20,000 nucleotides of DNA, taken from IMG/VR virus record IMGVR_UViG_3300001682_000650; one strand, 5' to 3'. The stretch comes from an uncultured virus (IMG/VR IMGVR_UViG_3300001682_000650). Lineage: Duplodnaviria > Heunggongvirae > Uroviricota > Caudoviricetes. Both the position numbers and the translations under genes were made by a program. Shown here piece after piece: positions 16,770 to 20,000 of this stretch. Position 1 is the first letter of the stretch. The number at the start of each line of letters is the position of its first letter. The notes under the pieces were generated by a model, which was not told the origin of the DNA, searched no databases, and saw only the letters and a program-made list of their open reading frames with translations.

Positions 16770-17397
16770 TAGAGTTGACATTTTACTCTTACTGCTCTTA
16801 TTCTCGGTAACTTTTTTTGTTTTACTATCTTTTTATACAAACCATGATATAGAAGAGTCGTATGTTGTAACACCGACACCTTCCCCTACCCCATCACCAT
16901 CTCCATTGCCATCACCATTGCCGACACCATCCCCAACTCCTGTACCCGAAGACCCACCTATAGCCGAGAAAATAATAGTTAGCAGAGGCTCCGAATATCA
17001 CGTACGAGTTACCAAAGACATGCTCTCAAACCCAATGGATATGGTAGCATCTGCTTATGATTTATCCTATGCAAGCTGTAAAAAAGAACGCTCCCACCCC
17101 GAGTACGGTATAACACGAAGTGGTGCAAGGGCTAAAGAGTTTCATACTGTGGCAGTTGACCCAAAAGTTATCCCTCTCGGATCTATTCTGTACATAGAAT
17201 TTCCTGAAGCATACGCTTCTCGGAATGGTGTATATGTTGCAGAGGATATAGGTAGCGCAATTAAAGGCAATCGAATTGATGTGTTCTTTGGTGAGGATAA
17301 GGTGGGCGAAACAACAGTACATGAAGAATGCTATGAGTTTGGTAAACGGAATGTTACTGTTTACCTGATTAAAGGGAGTGATGATGATGATGATTAA
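16753..17397 (+). CDS. Membrane-anchored 3D-domain protein (peptidoglycan lytic-transglycosylase-like)
   Basis: N-terminal TM helix, (PT/PS)n linker, and VAVDPKVIPLGS...AEDIGSAIKGNRIDVF containing the three Asp residues. Confidence 0.88.
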   Translation: MKYKISRVDILLLLLLFSVTFFVLLSFYTNHDIEESYVVTPTPSPTPSPSPLPSPLPTPSPTPVPEDPPIAEKIIVSRGSEYHVRVTKDMLSNPMDMVASAYDLSYASCKKERSHPEYGITRSGARAKEFHTVAVDPKVIPLGSILYIEFPEAYASRNGVYVAEDIGSAIKGNRIDVFFGEDKVGETTVHEECYEFGKRNVTVYLIKGSDDDDD

Positions 17398-17587
17398 AAC
17401 ACATACATATTATACTTTAGAACAGCACAGGAATGGTTGCTATAAAGTCAATGGTAGACTTACAAGAAACTATTCAGTTTGTGAAGGGTGTCTTTTGATA
17501 AAAGAGAAACCTGACCCTGTAATAGCAGGAAGGATGCGGAGATATTGCGATATAGCATTACTGGAGGTAACATGCAATGAGGATTAA
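17378..17587 (+). CDS. Small Cys-containing hypothetical protein
   Basis: GGGAG RBS. Overlaps both neighbours. Exact ATG is uncertain (ATG run). Confidence 0.55.
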   Translation: MMMMMIKTHTYYTLEQHRNGCYKVNGRLTRNYSVCEGCLLIKEKPDPVIAGRMRRYCDIALLEVTCNED

Positions 17588-17771
17588 AGAAATCTATGTT
17601 CAGGCTGAATTCAAAAAATCGCTCCCTAACTACCAAAACGTGACATTTACAGCGGGATGCGGTGCCGATGTCTTAGAAGATGATGACATTAAAGAATGTT
17701 ACAACAAACTCTGGGATATGTGCGGGGATCAAATCAATGAGCAGTTAAGATTGTTCAATGAGAAACGATAA
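17577..17771 (+). CDS. Hypothetical protein (64 aa)
   Basis: GGAGG RBS. Confidence 0.7.
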   Translation: MRIKEIYVQAEFKKSLPNYQNVTFTAGCGADVLEDDDIKECYNKLWDMCGDQINEQLRLFNEKR

Positions 17772-17839
17772 TAATGGTGGGCGGGTTACCGCCCCCACCC
17801 CACCCGAATACATGAAAGCAGTAATGGGAGGTGTTTACT

Positions 17840-17998
17840 TTGTTCAGAGTGAGGCTCAAGAACTCTAAAGTTGTATTTACTGTATACTCAATATCCGATT
17901 CTAAGATATACGCAGGTCAAATAAACTTCCTTATTTACGACCCTACAGAGCAAAAATGGCAATATGTACTGGCTAATAATTGTGTTCCCTACCCCTGA
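17840..17998 (+). CDS. Small hypothetical protein (52 aa; not in ORF track)
   Basis: GGGAGG before TTG 17840. MFRVRLKNSKVVFTVY...FLIYDP...WQYV...PYP*. Confidence 0.6.
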   Translation: MFRVRLKNSKVVFTVYSISDSKIYAGQINFLIYDPTEQKWQYVLANNCVPYP

Positions 17999-18038
17999 TA
18001 TCTAGTTAAGGATCACGAAGTCAAAAAGCTCAGGAGCA

Positions 18039-18152
18039 GTCAACTAACCAACTACCCTAAAGGGTTAGTGGCTTGTAAAAATACAAGTCGGTTGATTAGC
18101 CTAAGTCTTAATTGACTACGATTAATAAGAATATATAGGTACTTCAAGATAC
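18039..18152 (+). mobile_element. IscB/HEARO omega-RNA 5' remnant (copy C, distinct lineage)
   Basis: GTCAACTAACC-ACTACCCTAAAGGGTTAGT-GGCTTGTA...TACAAGTC-GGTTGATTAGCCTAAGTCTTAATTGACTACG...AGAATATATAGGTACTTCAAGATAC. Shares GTTGATTAGCCTAAG with copy B. Confidence 0.75.
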
Positions 18153-18189
18153 TGGGCTTGAGGAATTAGGTGTGGTATTGGCATAAAAC

Positions 18190-18339
18190 TGTGAAATGAT
18201 TGCTGATTGGAAGGCTGCTACATTAAGACACAATAATGGCAACATAATTGAAAGTATTGAACTTAATCAGAAACGATTTAATTATAGCGATGAACTTAAA
18301 CAAATATTGATTAATACAGTTAATATGTATTTTAAATAA
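18190..18339 (+). pseudogene. C-terminal fragment of a DUF5662-like phage protein
   Basis: CEMIADWKAATLRHNNGNIIESIELNQKRFNYSDELKQILINT...*, with an in-frame TAA just upstream (18184-18186) and no N-terminal half. Confidence 0.55.
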
Positions 18340-18381
18340 AAAGAATGTTTTAATTAAACTATTAAAATAATAGGAGGTTAT

Positions 18382-19392
18382 ATGATTAAAATATTAAAGA
18401 ATATAAAAGTTCCTACTGGAAATATTCTTGTTATTGAAGGAGACAAAGGCAAACTTGAATGTTTATCATTAGGAGACTATGGAAAGGATGTTAATCTCAA
18501 GGCAGATTATATGGGATTAACTAGAGAAATACATAAAGTAGAACACACTAAATTATTACCATTAAGTGAAAAGTGGGTAATAACCATATCAACTCAATAT
18601 GGATGTTTTATGGGCTGTAAGTTCTGTGACTGTCCAAAAGTTGGAAGAGGATTAAATGCTACATATGATGATTTAAAAAATCAGATAATTGCAGGGTTAA
18701 GTTTGCATCCAGAAGTCACATCAACAAAAAGATTGAATATTCATTATGCTAGAATGGGAGAACCTACTTGGAATTATAATGTAATAGATTTTACAAAGAA
18801 TATAAGGAAAGAATTATATTCATATATAGACAGGTCGTTAATCCATCCAGTAGTTTCAACTATGATGCCTAAAAATAATATTTTACTTGATGGTTTTATT
18901 AATAATTGGTTAGAAATTAAAAATTACGATTTCAGGGGAGATGCAGGATTACAATTATCAATAAACTCTACAAACGAAAACGAAAGAAACGAAATGTTTA
19001 ATGGAAATGCTCTAAGTCTTGAAAGTATATCAGCAATGGCTAAGTATTGGGATACACCAAAAGGAAGAAAGTATACTCTTAATTTTGCAGTAGCAGATTA
19101 TGAAATTAATGCAGAAAAACTTAGAGATTTATTTAATCCAGATAAATTTATTGTTAAGCTTACACCTATGCACAAAACAAGTACAGCAGTTAAAAACGGA
19201 ATTGAAACAAAGGGAGACTATACTACATATTATCCATATCGAGACATAGAAGAGAAGTTAAAGAAGGTTGGTTTTGATGTATTAGTATTTATTGCTTCTG
19301 AATATGAAGATTTAGGAAGAATAACTTGTGGCAATGCAATTTTGAGTGGCACATTGCCAGAATGTCCTTATGAAGAGATTATACCAAATTGA
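18382..19392 (+). CDS. RlmN/Cfr-like radical SAM enzyme
   Basis: ISTQYGCFMGCKFC (CxxxCxxC), RMGEP, LQLSINS and C-terminal ITCGN. AGGAGG RBS. Confidence 0.85.
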   Translation: MIKILKNIKVPTGNILVIEGDKGKLECLSLGDYGKDVNLKADYMGLTREIHKVEHTKLLPLSEKWVITISTQYGCFMGCKFCDCPKVGRGLNATYDDLKNQIIAGLSLHPEVTSTKRLNIHYARMGEPTWNYNVIDFTKNIRKELYSYIDRSLIHPVVSTMMPKNNILLDGFINNWLEIKNYDFRGDAGLQLSINSTNENERNEMFNGNALSLESISAMAKYWDTPKGRKYTLNFAVADYEINAEKLRDLFNPDKFIVKLTPMHKTSTAVKNGIETKGDYTTYYPYRDIEEKLKKVGFDVLVFIASEYEDLGRITCGNAILSGTLPECPYEEIIPN

Positions 19393-19458
19393 GTTTGATT
19401 CAAATTTAAAGATGAATACGACAAACAGATAGTGATGTGGGTTCAAAAGGAGTAAGTT

Positions 19459-19680
19459 ATGGAAAATGTAAAGTTGCCTTATTATGGTGAAACCGTATGG
19501 ATTATTAAAGATAATCAAGTAAAAGAAACCAAAGTTAAAAAAGTAACCTATATAGATTCTGCCAGCGAAAGAAAGGTTATAGCTAATACAAATGCAGGAG
19601 AATATAGACTATATGAGATATATGATACAAAATCATTAGCCGAAAATGTTTTAAGATACAAAAATAATTCAATAAATTAG
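19459..19680 (+). CDS. Hypothetical protein (73 aa)
   Basis: AAGGAG RBS. Confidence 0.7.
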   Translation: MENVKLPYYGETVWIIKDNQVKETKVKKVTYIDSASERKVIANTNAGEYRLYEIYDTKSLAENVLRYKNNSIN

Positions 19681-19709
19681 CAATTTTATTGAAAGAAAGG
19701 AAAATTAGA

Positions 19710-20000
19710 ATGAAAATTGAAAGAAATTTTGAAGAAAACGAATATATAAAAGAAATCACAGGGAAAGAATTTCAAGAATCAGGAGCATTATGGTTTGTCA
19801 ATTCAATTTTGCACCTCTTTGGTATGGCTATTACATGGAATCCAGAAACAGATGAGTTGAAAGCGTCATTATGTAGATTCAGAGGATTTGACTCAAAAAA
19901 TAATGATGCAGGTTATATGAAATTAACTCAATACTTAAAAGATAATATTGAACAAATTAAATTAGATTGCGAGGCTGTTCAACAGCTCAGGAATAACTAA
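19710..20000 (+). CDS. Hypothetical phage protein (EFQESGALWFVNSILHLFG)
   Basis: AAAGGA before ATG 19710. TAA at 19998-20000. Confidence 0.75.
   Translation: MKIERNFEENEYIKEITGKEFQESGALWFVNSILHLFGMAITWNPETDELKASLCRFRGFDSKNNDAGYMKLTQYLKDNIEQIKLDCEAVQQLRNN

Noticed and set aside
16868..16960. CCATCA/CCGACA-type tandem repeats
   Set aside because: These are explained by the Pro-Thr/Ser linker of the 3D-domain protein.
17776..17800. GC-rich hairpin GGTGGGCGG-GTTA-CCGCCCCCACC as a terminator
   Set aside because: There is no U-tract on either side. It is counted only under the G-rich motif finding.
6090..18152. GTCAACTA... repeats as a CRISPR array
   Set aside because: There are only three dispersed copies, kilobases apart, with no repeat-spacer periodicity and no cas genes. 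IscB element ends explain them better.
18382..19392. Calling the radical SAM gene rlmN or cfr (antibiotic resistance)
   Set aside because: It is too divergent, missing the N-terminal domain and the Cys118-equivalent, so function cannot be transferred.
1756..19518. All minus-strand ORFs in the track
   Set aside because: They lie antisense to well-supported + strand genes or IS remnants, lack RBSs and have no recognisable motifs.

Overview
This is an AT-rich, gene-dense window with all credible genes on the + strand. It has Firmicutes-type RBSs (AGGAGG/AAGGATGG) and sigmaA-like promoters, which fits an early/middle accessory region of a large Bacillota (probably clostridial) phage or prophage. 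Most ORFs are short hypotheticals. Recognisable products are a SNF2-family helicase, a calcineurin-like metallophosphoesterase, a DUF932/DUF945 protein, a DPPF-type DNA amino-methyltransferase, a membrane-anchored 3D-domain protein and an RlmN/Cfr-like radical SAM enzyme that appears to lack the RlmN Cys118-equivalent. The non-coding DNA is the most informative part. Three intergenic remnants of IscB (HEARO/omega-RNA) IS200/IS605 ends lie at 6090, 14117 and 18039. The first is fused to the last 16 codons of a tnpB gene and an apparently complete TnpB right-end/omega-RNA scaffold. Other signals are a strongly over-represented G-rich motif (GTGGGCGGG), a family of related terminators, an exact 54-bp RBS/gene-start duplication and several gene fragments. 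All family assignments come from motif recognition by eye; no database searches were run.
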